From Bacteroidota bacterium (GTDB taxonomy: Bacteria > Bacteroidota > Bacteroidia > Bacteroidales > GCA-2711565), in assembly GCA_018816945.1 (NCBI GenBank), contig JAHIVC010000030.1, forward strand, positions 13,053-77,052: DNA of 64,000 nt, written 5' to 3'. A program made the translations under genes and the position numbers. The notes under the pieces are model-generated. The model was given only the letters and a program-made list of their open reading frames with translations. It made no database searches and had not been told where the DNA came from. Positions 29,417 to 38,093 of this stretch are shown one piece after another (position 1 is the first letter of the stretch; every line of letters starts with the position of its first letter).

Positions 29417-30202
29417 TTACCAAGTTGTTAATCCACCATCCACTACTATATTTTGTCCGGTACAATATCGGGATGAGTCACTCAGGAGATACACAAGTAT
29501 CCCGGTGATGTCTTCGCGGTCGGCCATACGCCCCATGGGAGTCCGGTTAATATAAGCCTCCACGAATTTTTGGTTGTGTCCATTGTATACACCTCCGGGC
29601 GAAACGCAGTTTACCCGTATATTTTCTTTTGCCCACCAGGTGGCCAGCCAACGGGTAAGGCCGATGATGCCTGCTTTTGTGGCAGAGTATGCCGGGAATG
29701 AACTAAATGGCTGGTCTTCATATATTCTGTGATCAGGTCCAACAACACCATAAATACTGGCAATATTAATAAGGCTTCCACCACCGCCTTCCTTTAATAC
29801 TTTCCCAATCTCACGTGCAAAAAGAAAGGCTCCTGTCAGATTGATGTCTATCGCTTTTTGCCACAGATCTAACGGATATTCCTCGAATTTGGGAAAGGAA
29901 CTACCCTCACAGGCAAGGGCTTCGCCTGTGATCGCAGCGTTATAAATGGCGCCGTCCAACCCATTGAAAGGAAGAGCAGCATTAGCAATGCCTGAGACTA
30001 TCGATTTTTCGTCTGCAGCGTTAATCTCAAAACCCGGAATACCCATTCCTTTTGCATCTTCTAAAACAGGACTTCCCGGCCGGTCAGCAATAATAAGTTT
30101 AGCACCCTGTTCAACAAGTAGTTGTGTGTGAGCACGACCCAAAACACCACATGCCCCCATTAATAATACCTTTTTGCCAATTATTCCTGTATCAATGCTC
30201 AT
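29417..30202 (-). CDS. SDR-family oxidoreductase (PtmA-like position)
   Basis: LLMGACGVLGRAH, YSATKAGIIGLTR. ATGA overlap with the upstream cytidylyltransferase. Confidence 0.8.
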   Translation of the reverse strand: MSIDTGIIGKKVLLMGACGVLGRAHTQLLVEQGAKLIIADRPGSPVLEDAKGMGIPGFEINAADEKSIVSGIANAALPFNGLDGAIYNAAITGEALACEGSSFPKFEEYPLDLWQKAIDINLTGAFLFAREIGKVLKEGGGGSLINIASIYGVVGPDHRIYEDQPFSSFPAYSATKAGIIGLTRWLATWWAKENIRVNCVSPGGVYNGHNQKFVEAYINRTPMGRMADREDITGILVYLLSDSSRYCTGQNIVVDGGLTTW

Positions 30203-30915
30203 TTCAATAATCCGTGTTTAAGTTTCATGAGATATTCAATCAAAAGAAAGTCAAAATCGGAATCCACATCCAGACTTTTTTCGCTTCCTATATTATATCC
30301 TTCCGTATGCCCATCCAATAAATAGTTTGCGCTACGAATGTAATCAGGCGCAAGCGCATAAATACTTGCCACATGTTCGAACACTGCCGGAGCATCCTGC
30401 CTGCGTACGATGGTGCCAGGCAATTTTTTGCAAATTTTAAGTGCGCCTTCTTCATTCGTTTCCAATAAATTGAAATAGGGATTCTTACGTGCTTCACAAA
30501 TAGAGAATACACCATCAACACCATGTTTGCGGCGCTCATGGTATTGGGCAATGCATGCAGAGATATCACTTACATCCCGAAGTGGGTTTGTACAATCCAG
30601 ATCAACATAGAGGTTATAGGATTCACTATAATATTCTTCACATGCCTGAAGTGCATGTTTAAATACCCCAAATTTTCCTGCTTCCGAACCAGAGAGATAT
30701 TCCGGCCGTATAAACGGCGTTTCTGCCCCGGCAGCGCGGGCTATTTCTGCAATGACTTCCAAATCTGTGGAAACTACTACCCTGTCAATTTCCTTTGTCG
30801 CAAGTGCCTGTTCAATCGACCATACGATCAATGGTTTACCCAACATCTGGCGGATATTCTTCCCAGGTAAACCACGACTTCCACCACGGGCGGAAATTAC
30901 GCAAATTGTTTTCAT
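30199..30915 (-). CDS. acylneuraminate cytidylyltransferase family (CMP-nonulosonic acid synthetase, NeuA/LegF/PtmB-like)
   Basis: MKTICVISARGGSRGLPGKNI N-terminal signature. Confidence 0.85.
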   Translation of the reverse strand: MKTICVISARGGSRGLPGKNIRQMLGKPLIVWSIEQALATKEIDRVVVSTDLEVIAEIARAAGAETPFIRPEYLSGSEAGKFGVFKHALQACEEYYSESYNLYVDLDCTNPLRDVSDISACIAQYHERRKHGVDGVFSICEARKNPYFNLLETNEEGALKICKKLPGTIVRRQDAPAVFEHVASIYALAPDYIRSANYLLDGHTEGYNIGSEKSLDVDSDFDFLLIEYLMKLKHGLLK

Positions 30916-30929
30916 TTGTCAATCATTTT

Positions 30930-31913
30930 TTATATGATAATTTTTTTACCACTTAGATTGGCTTCACGTGCACATATCGCAACCATCAATGCTGAAATGC
31001 CATCCTGAAGGGAACATAGCGGGGGAACTGAATTGTCTATAAGTCTCTCAAGGAAATGAGCCATATGTTTAATAAACAGATCATTCCTTACAAACTCTTT
31101 TGGGACCTGGTCAACGATAAGGGTTTCTTTATTCGTATGATTATACAAAATGCCTTGAGAATACGACCAATTGAAAATAGAATTGGTTGTCATTACTTCT
31201 GCTTCACACCGATAAACAGGACTTGCCATATCAAGTTGAATATGGCCGGTAAGGCCACTGCTGTGTGTGAGTAATAAATTAGTTACATCATCGCCTGAAA
31301 TATCAAGTTCACTTCTTTTCGATAATATTGCATTTACTTCAGCGATAGGTCCAAAGAACCAAATAGCTAAATCAATCTGATGAATCAAATCAAAAAGTGC
31401 GCCTCCTCCACGCATTTCATCCACACTATATGACTCACGATAATCCTTCCCCTTTCTCCAGGCATCAAGCCGATACCCCATAGCAAAACGGTAAGTCAGA
31501 ATATTCTTGCTACCGATTTGTTGAAGTAACTTTGCAAATGCAATAAGATTCTGATGCGTACGAAGCTGACAACCAACTTCGACGATTTTTCCAAAAGACA
31601 ATTGATGTAAATCTTCAATGCCAATCCAATTATGCGAAAGAGGTTTTTCAATGAACAGTGCTTTACCAGCTTGCAAAGCCGTTATTGCAATGGGAATATG
31701 ATTGTCTGTGGCAGTTGCAATTACAACAGCATCAGCTTTTTCAATCGCGTCATCCAGATTTTCATTTACCTCAACATTAAATTCATCATGAATGGCTTTT
31801 AACAAATGAACCTGCGAACGCCATACTGTAACTTCAGCACCTAGCTGTATCAGATTCGCAATATGCCTTTTGCCTATTGAGCCTGCACCACAAACAAGAA
31901 TACGTTTAGCCAT
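30930..31913 (-). CDS. Gfo/Idh/MocA-family oxidoreductase (PtmF-like position)
   Basis: ILVCGAGSIGKRH Rossmann motif and FIEKPLS. Start set at ATG 31913 (MAKRILV), 1 nt after the neuC stop; the track start 31937 overlaps neuC by 23 nt. Confidence 0.8.
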   Translation of the reverse strand: MAKRILVCGAGSIGKRHIANLIQLGAEVTVWRSQVHLLKAIHDEFNVEVNENLDDAIEKADAVVIATATDNHIPIAITALQAGKALFIEKPLSHNWIGIEDLHQLSFGKIVEVGCQLRTHQNLIAFAKLLQQIGSKNILTYRFAMGYRLDAWRKGKDYRESYSVDEMRGGGALFDLIHQIDLAIWFFGPIAEVNAILSKRSELDISGDDVTNLLLTHSSGLTGHIQLDMASPVYRCEAEVMTTNSIFNWSYSQGILYNHTNKETLIVDQVPKEFVRNDLFIKHMAHFLERLIDNSVPPLCSLQDGISALMVAICAREANLSGKKIII

Positions 31914-31914
31914 T

Positions 31915-33141
31915 TTAACGGAACCACCCATTTTCATGAATACCTTTCAGGTTCATCCCTTTTCGAAGAATGTGTTTAGGATTGAGATCTACAGTTGCGA
32001 GACTTTCGGCTATTAATTTTCCGGAGCTCCCTCCACCGTATGGATTTACTGTCGTCGCACAAACAGAACGAAAATTTTCATCATCAAGACATTTCATTAT
32101 TGCAGAATAGATTTCTTCCTTATTATAATCTGCATCAATTACATTATCTCCCCGCAGTCTTCCTTGCTGTCTTGATCCGATATTTACAGTGGGACATCCG
32201 AAAACTGGAGTCTCTTTAATGCCGGAGGAAGAATTTCCAACGCAGGCAACACGCCAATCCTGTGTTTTAGCCAATGCAAGGATGCCGTGATAAACAAAAC
32301 GGCCAAGTGATGTATATAATTGAATATTAGGATTTTTAAGTTCTGACAGCTTTTTTAGTCCTTTAGATATCTTTTCGCCACCTGCATCATTATTTGGATA
32401 GGTCATAATTATCTGAACCCCCTCATCTGCCAGTTTAGCCAGGGCCTCCAGAGATGGCTCCAATTGCCAGGTTCCATCCTCGAATTCTGTTGTGACAGAA
32501 TGTTGGGTAAACAGAACTAATGGTCGTTTGGGATTAAGTTGTAATCGTTTGATAAGATTTTCCGGCGTTTCAAATGAACCATACTTGATGAGGTCAATAG
32601 CAGGAAAGCCAACATTATTTACCCTCCAGGGATCTTCTCCCATAGCCAGTATGCGATTTGCAGCCTGTAAATTAGTAGTATAATGTAAGTGTGCAAGTTT
32701 TGACATGGCATGACGAACTGAGTCATCCAGTGCTCCGCCTTCTGTAATATCCCCACCTTCAATATGTGCTGTTGGCATATTCATTTGTGTACTTGTAATC
32801 ACTGCCGCAAATCCTTCAAACCGGTCAGCATAAACCACAAAAATGTCTGGTTTTAGCTGATCCAGAACAGGTGTCAGATTGCTGATCCCTGAAGCAATAG
32901 CAAGAGCGGTTGAGGTTCTTTTATCTCCACTCATCTCGATATTCACCTCAGCATAAATATCAAAACCATCCTTGCGGATCTCAGAGATAGTAGAACCAAA
33001 ATTATTATCCAAATGTGCACCCGATACAATAAGTCTATATTCGAGTAAAGGATGATTTTTTATAGCCTGTAAAATTGGAAACTGCAATCCATATTCTGCC
33101 CTGTTTCCCGAAAATACGGCAATCACTCTTTTTTTATTCAT
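31915..33141 (-). CDS. neuC: UDP-N-acetylglucosamine 2-epimerase (hydrolysing), NeuC/LegG type
   Basis: RVIAVFSGNRAEYGLQFPILQAI N-terminus; HIEGGDITEGGALDDSVRHAMSKLAH. Confidence 0.85.
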   Translation of the reverse strand: MNKKRVIAVFSGNRAEYGLQFPILQAIKNHPLLEYRLIVSGAHLDNNFGSTISEIRKDGFDIYAEVNIEMSGDKRTSTALAIASGISNLTPVLDQLKPDIFVVYADRFEGFAAVITSTQMNMPTAHIEGGDITEGGALDDSVRHAMSKLAHLHYTTNLQAANRILAMGEDPWRVNNVGFPAIDLIKYGSFETPENLIKRLQLNPKRPLVLFTQHSVTTEFEDGTWQLEPSLEALAKLADEGVQIIMTYPNNDAGGEKISKGLKKLSELKNPNIQLYTSLGRFVYHGILALAKTQDWRVACVGNSSSGIKETPVFGCPTVNIGSRQQGRLRGDNVIDADYNKEEIYSAIMKCLDDENFRSVCATTVNPYGGGSSGKLIAESLATVDLNPKHILRKGMNLKGIHENGWFR

Positions 33142-33955
33142 TACTCATTTTTAGTTTAAGTAGATACGAAAGGCCTCCGGAAATATCCCATTCCGGTGAC
33201 CAATTTAGTATATTTTGAGTTTGCGAAATATCAAGTACCAGATGTGATGACCGACCCAAATTGGTTTTTGATACTACTGGTCTAGTCTCTTCTCCTGCAA
33301 GATTTAGCGTTAATTCTGCAAGGTTCCCGATGGATATTCCAGTGCCACTACCCACGTTTAATAAGATGCCAGGTCTGACAATTGATGCTAATACAACACA
33401 GCGGACAGCATCTTCAATCCATACAAAATCGCAGATCGGTATTTTGTCTTTTACCATCAACGGACCAATGCCGGGAATCTGGCCTAAAATGTCAGCGATA
33501 ACAGAATTTGGAGCCATACCTGGGCCATAAACATTTGCAAAACGCAAACAAGTGCCCCCCGCACTGGCAACTATGGATTCACACTCAAGTTTAACCATTG
33601 CATATTCGTTAACTGCTGTAACCTTTTCGTCAGGTCTGCGCAAATATCCCCTGGTATCGCCATATACAATCGAACTGGAAACGTAAATGATGTGTTGCCA
33701 GGATTTGGAGCAAAGTGACCTGCATAGCGCTATCTCATCCCCATCCGAAGGATTTGTGGCATTACGCGGTTGTGCCAGATGTATTAGAATCGCATCTTTT
33801 GATGATAGCCAATCCAAATAAGAAGATACAGTTGTCAGCCCTTCCACTTTTTGACGGGACAACCCTGTTGCCGGAATATTACTTTTACTAAGTTGGTTTA
33901 ACAAAGCACCGCCAATAAACCCGGATGCACCAGTTACTACGACCTCATAAGCCAT
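33134..33955 (-). CDS. NAD-dependent epimerase/dehydratase family protein
   Basis: VVVTGASGFIGGAL Rossmann motif, YAMVKLECE (YxxxK). Confidence 0.75.
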   Translation of the reverse strand: MAYEVVVTGASGFIGGALLNQLSKSNIPATGLSRQKVEGLTTVSSYLDWLSSKDAILIHLAQPRNATNPSDGDEIALCRSLCSKSWQHIIYVSSSIVYGDTRGYLRRPDEKVTAVNEYAMVKLECESIVASAGGTCLRFANVYGPGMAPNSVIADILGQIPGIGPLMVKDKIPICDFVWIEDAVRCVVLASIVRPGILLNVGSGTGISIGNLAELTLNLAGEETRPVVSKTNLGRSSHLVLDISQTQNILNWSPEWDISGGLSYLLKLKMSNE

Positions 33956-33981
33956 TACCTACAATTAAGCTTTGCTATTTC

Positions 33982-35034
33982 TTATTCGAATAAGCCAGAA
34001 TTAATATGTTCCCGTTTGATCCTCAATCCACAGGGGATTTCAACAACCGCTTTTTTCCCCAATAACATATCGTATTCTGCTGCGGTGAAATCGCCTCCTC
34101 CCGGACGCTTCAGCCAGATATTATCCTCACTCAAAGCTTCTCCTTTAGAAATGTTTTTGATACTTATCACAGATGCAAATGCAAATGCGATTGTGGGAGC
34201 CTCAGCTAAAGTTGGCGCTTTTTCTCCACCACGGGCATAAAATATTGTTCTGGAACCGTAAATGAGTTCCCTTAGTGCAGTCGGGTCCATTGAACATACG
34301 ATATCGGGTCCAGGTCGATTCATTTGATCAGTAAAATGTCTTTCAAGAATAGATGCACCTAATGCAGTTGCTCCGAGGCAGGGATAGTTTGAAGTGGTGT
34401 GATCCGAAAGTCCAATAATTGCATCAGGAAATGCGTCTTTCAAAATCCGCAAGGCACCTAATCTTACCAACTCAGGAGGGGTAGGGTAGACATTCGTACA
34501 ATGTAAAAGTGCAAATGGAATCTTAGAGTTCCTTAAAATCTCAACAGACGGCCGAATTGTTTCAATTGAGTTCATTCCTGTGCTAATGATTATTGGTTTG
34601 CCAAACCGGGTTATGTATTTGATTAAAGGATAGTTGTTACACTCTCCGGAACCAATTTTGAAAGCGGGTACATCAAATTTAACCAATCGATCAATTGCTG
34701 CACGTGAGAAAGGGGTACTGATAAAAATAGCTCCCCTGTTTTGTACATGCTCCATTAACTTTCTTTCATCAGTCTCTGAAAGAGCACACCGTGCCATAAT
34801 TTCATAGATTGACTCTATCGTATGCCCTGGGATCACAGATTTTGCTTCATCTGACATCTCGTCTTCAACAATGTGTGTTTGATGCTTGATGATTTCTGCC
34901 CCGGAATCAATCGCCGCATCTGCCATTGTAATCGCAGTTTCCAAAGATCCTTCATGGTTAATCCCGATCTCAGCAATTACAACAGGGGGATGATCATCCC
35001 CAATCCACCGATTTTGTATTTTAAATTCAGCCAC
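33982..35034 (-). CDS. neuB: N-acylneuraminate/legionaminate synthase (NeuB/LegI type)
   Basis: [33 protein letters not shown]-terminal SAF-like region. Confidence 0.9.
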   Translation of the reverse strand: MAEFKIQNRWIGDDHPPVVIAEIGINHEGSLETAITMADAAIDSGAEIIKHQTHIVEDEMSDEAKSVIPGHTIESIYEIMARCALSETDERKLMEHVQNRGAIFISTPFSRAAIDRLVKFDVPAFKIGSGECNNYPLIKYITRFGKPIIISTGMNSIETIRPSVEILRNSKIPFALLHCTNVYPTPPELVRLGALRILKDAFPDAIIGLSDHTTSNYPCLGATALGASILERHFTDQMNRPGPDIVCSMDPTALRELIYGSRTIFYARGGEKAPTLAEAPTIAFAFASVISIKNISKGEALSEDNIWLKRPGGGDFTAAEYDMLLGKKAVVEIPCGLRIKREHINSGLFE

Positions 35035-35071
35035 TTTATTGTTATTTATTGAATTTCAAGTAAATAAATAT

Positions 35072-36274
35072 TTATTGAAGCCAATTTTGGTTGTTACGAA
35101 GAAAGTATGCACCGAAGCTGGATCTGATTTCTCCGTGAAGGGGTCGCCCATTGTAACTGGCGACTGCCTTTGAGGGAAATATCTCCCAGAAACGGTGTTG
35201 AAGTTTTTCATCATCTTCCTCAGGTTTCCACGAGCCATCCAAACGCATAACCATTTCGATGACTACATCGCGAATCTCTTCCGGGGTATTCTCGATTAGC
35301 TTGATTCTATTTAATTCATAATCAGAAGTATTATTGAGAAAGCCACCACAAGCAAAGATTTCATTTAGTGTCAATTCCCGATTCTCATCTATAGCATAAT
35401 AGTGCTTTGTGATGGCAAGGTATTGACTGCTATATGTGGATATAACTCCAATTGGTACCATGTTTACATATACAACAGGTCTTCGGAATATTTGAGGAAT
35501 TGCATCGAAACCCGTACCGACTGAAATACAAAAATGACACTTCGCTCCAAGATAAATGTCCATAAAATCACTTCTCATTCCATTGGAAGCATAATCAATG
35601 ATCATTGAATCCAGAGACTGCATAGCTTCTTCAACTTTAGCACCCATTCTAATGACATAATACCCTTGTGAAGTCAGCTCTTCTGCAGCCAAAATATAAT
35701 TTTGAATATTACTATTCCGATAATCATTCTTAAAATCAGTACTGCATTCTGTCGAAAGATATTTTCCGTCCCTAACAATCATACAAACAAAAGGGTTCCC
35801 CCTTGGAATACCCAATTCCTGTAATTCTTTTTCACCCCTAATTAATTCTGACGTTGTAAATGAGATCTGAGCCGGATATTTATCATAAAGATTTAGTATG
35901 TCTCTGTCGAGATTCATTGTAGTTCCAACAAAAGAATGCAGGAATCCAATATTCCTTATTAAATAATCAAGAGGCCGTAAAAAGAAGGGTGGGAAGATAA
36001 TTATCTTTCTCCTCCACATTTTAGCCAGTTGTTTATTGCATGCTGGTCTGGCAAAGTAAAAAAGAGACAATTCCTTTCTGTGTTGCTCTTTTTTCTCACA
36101 GATATGAAGCTCGATATCTGCAGCAAAGTGGCCAATTCTGTTTGACCTCATCAAATAGATACGTGTTCTGATAAAAGGCCTTATAAGAAGTATAATAACC
36201 AGCCAGATAAGAGATAACGGCAATGACAACAATAAATGAGGGTATGCCCTGAATATCTCGTAATAACGTTTCAT
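35072..36274 (-). CDS. hypothetical membrane-anchored protein; candidate glycosyltransferase
   Basis: 400 aa with an N-terminal hydrophobic segment (LLLSLPLSLIWLVIILLI). Sits directly after neuB. No catalytic motif recognised. Confidence 0.4.
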   Translation of the reverse strand: MKRYYEIFRAYPHLLLSLPLSLIWLVIILLIRPFIRTRIYLMRSNRIGHFAADIELHICEKKEQHRKELSLFYFARPACNKQLAKMWRRKIIIFPPFFLRPLDYLIRNIGFLHSFVGTTMNLDRDILNLYDKYPAQISFTTSELIRGEKELQELGIPRGNPFVCMIVRDGKYLSTECSTDFKNDYRNSNIQNYILAAEELTSQGYYVIRMGAKVEEAMQSLDSMIIDYASNGMRSDFMDIYLGAKCHFCISVGTGFDAIPQIFRRPVVYVNMVPIGVISTYSSQYLAITKHYYAIDENRELTLNEIFACGGFLNNTSDYELNRIKLIENTPEEIRDVVIEMVMRLDGSWKPEEDDEKLQHRFWEIFPSKAVASYNGRPLHGEIRSSFGAYFLRNNQNWLQ

Positions 36275-36280
36275 TTGTTA

Positions 36281-36563
36281 ATAATTTGTTTTTTAATGGC
36301 CAAATGGAATGCCCCTGAGGTTATTATCATTTCGATTGGTGATTCGCAAATCATTGGCATTTCATGCGTATATAATTTGTTTTTAAAGGTCACATGGAAT
36401 AGCCATGACGAAAATATTCATTCCGGTTGGTGATTTTCTGATCATGGCTATTTCATGCGTTTATAATTTGATTTTAATTGCCGCATGGAATACCCACATA
36501 ATCATTTTCGGTTGGTGTTAAATCCTTCTCGTGGGTATTTCATTATAAATTTAGTTTTTAATT
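36281..36563. repeat. three tandem ~91-bp units (plus a truncated fourth head), each a long imperfect hairpin
   Basis: Unit heads ATAATTTG at 36281, 36372 and 36463. Stems at 36304-36313/36356-36365, 36393-36408/36442-36457 and 36485-36497/36531-36543. Conserved loop core TCATT(T/C)CG(G/A)TTGGTG. The array fills the whole gap between two genes. Confidence 0.9.
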
Positions 36564-37418
36564 ACCAAGTCCAAAAATCTCATCCAAAGCTGTCCATGCG
36601 TCCGTTGGCAATATTTCCAGTTCGGCTAACCGACTACAATCGAGGGTGGTGTTTTTTGCAGCGTTGCTGATACCAGCATCCCTGAAAGAAATTGGCTGGA
36701 TCAGTTCTTCGTCAAAATTTAACCTGTGCGCAAGGTGTATGGCGAGATCGGAATAGGTCATATCCTGGTATGAAGAGAGTTGAAAAATTCCCGGAACCTG
36801 TTTTTCAGCAATTTTTTGTATTGCTGAGAACGCCAATGAAATTGGAACGGGTGATATAACCATATCGGAAAATGGATGAATTACATTTCCCGCCTTCAAC
36901 TCTTTAATCCAGCCTTTTAACAGTGGCATTTCAGGAGTTATAATTTTGCTAAAACGTATAATTGCTACTTTGTTACCTATTTTCAGGAGTTGTTCCTCCG
37001 CTTCAGCCTTCTGGCGACCATATTCGGTTTGAGGTCTGACTGGATCGTTCACTTTTGCAAAAGGGGTATTCCCATTGAATACCGCATTACTGGATAGAAA
37101 AATGACAAAGGCTCCGGCTTCAACCATCTGTTCAGCAAATGCAACAGTCCCTTCAACATTTACACGCCGACTGAATTCAGGATCATTCGCACATTGTTCC
37201 TGAGATGTTATTGCAGCACAGAAAACTACTGTTTTTATTGAAGCGGGAAGTTTTGGCCAGGATTTACTGTCGAGAGTCAAATCGAGAAAAAGGCATTTTT
37301 CATTTACATTGGCAGAAAAACAAGTAGTGCTTAATGCATTATTTCCATCAGCCCCGAATGACGCTACCAAACGACTACCTATTGTTGAGTCACCTCCAAT
37401 AATTAGCACTTCATTCAT
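36558..37418 (-). CDS. SDR-fold NAD(P)-binding protein (RmlD/epimerase-like)
   Basis: MNEVLIIGGDSTIGSRL Rossmann N-terminus after moving the start to ATG 37418 (8-nt overlap with the upstream methyltransferase stop). Confidence 0.65.
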   Translation of the reverse strand: MNEVLIIGGDSTIGSRLVASFGADGNNALSTTCFSANVNEKCLFLDLTLDSKSWPKLPASIKTVVFCAAITSQEQCANDPEFSRRVNVEGTVAFAEQMVEAGAFVIFLSSNAVFNGNTPFAKVNDPVRPQTEYGRQKAEAEEQLLKIGNKVAIIRFSKIITPEMPLLKGWIKELKAGNVIHPFSDMVISPVPISLAFSAIQKIAEKQVPGIFQLSSYQDMTYSDLAIHLAHRLNFDEELIQPISFRDAGISNAAKNTTLDCSRLAELEILPTDAWTALDEIFGLGN

Positions 37419-38076
37419 AAAAAATACAGCTATAATCTCCTGAATACCCACATTTATTAAAAATCCACTCCCACTCTTTTGGGGTATAGAAACATTCACA
37501 AGTAAGTTGCCAATACATCAGATTTACTTTTTCTTCTTCTGTTCGGTAAGAATCTAAAACAATGTATTTATTGACCTTCCCAACACGTTCAATTTCTTTT
37601 AAAGCCTTTTCTATATCTGGGAGATCCAAATTGTGCAAAGTATTAATTGAAAGAACAAGATCAAAACTCTTGTCTTTATATGGTAACTCAATTGCATTTC
37701 CTAATTTCAGAAACGGCATCATTTCCTCTTTTGCGTTGTCCAAAGCATATTTTGAAATGTCAAGACCGAAAACTTCAATCCCGGGGATGGACTTACTGAA
37801 TTCAAATAATAAATATGCTTTTCCACATCCCACATCTAAAATTTTTTGACCAGATTTTAGATTATAATGTTTTACTATTTGATCAGCCACAGGTCGCCAT
37901 CGACCATCATATTGAAATCCTCCATAGCCATACTTTCGATCACCATCCCAATAGTTAAAATCAAACTTTTTGGCAATTTTTGCACATTCTGCTTTATTAA
38001 CTCCAATAACACGCTCACCCAGATAGTCACGAGTGGTCTTTTTATGAATTTTTTCAATAAAATCGATATAAGCCAT
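37411..38076 (-). CDS. class I SAM-dependent methyltransferase
   Basis: KILDVGCGKAYLL (motif I), FDLVLSINTLHN. Confidence 0.8.
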   Translation of the reverse strand: MAYIDFIEKIHKKTTRDYLGERVIGVNKAECAKIAKKFDFNYWDGDRKYGYGGFQYDGRWRPVADQIVKHYNLKSGQKILDVGCGKAYLLFEFSKSIPGIEVFGLDISKYALDNAKEEMMPFLKLGNAIELPYKDKSFDLVLSINTLHNLDLPDIEKALKEIERVGKVNKYIVLDSYRTEEEKVNLMYWQLTCECFYTPKEWEWIFNKCGYSGDYSCIFYE

Positions 38077-38093
38077 TTTATCGCAGTTTATAA

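Noticed and set aside
35056-35238. 60-aa minus-strand ORF overlapping the 3' end of 35072..36274, and the similar small same-strand overlaps 8661..8867, 10912..11106, 12319..12657, 21078..21311, 22945..23163, 30288..30569 and 47684..48229
   Set aside because: They are alternative-frame ORFs nested in longer genes whose products carry clear family motifs.
36281-36563. CRISPR-like array, or coding sequence (track ORFs 36236..36433 and 36485..36670 on the plus strand)
   Set aside because: The whole 91-bp unit is conserved, including the would-be spacer part. There are only 3 units and no cas genes. The plus-strand ORFs are created by the repeat itself and run antisense into neighbouring genes.
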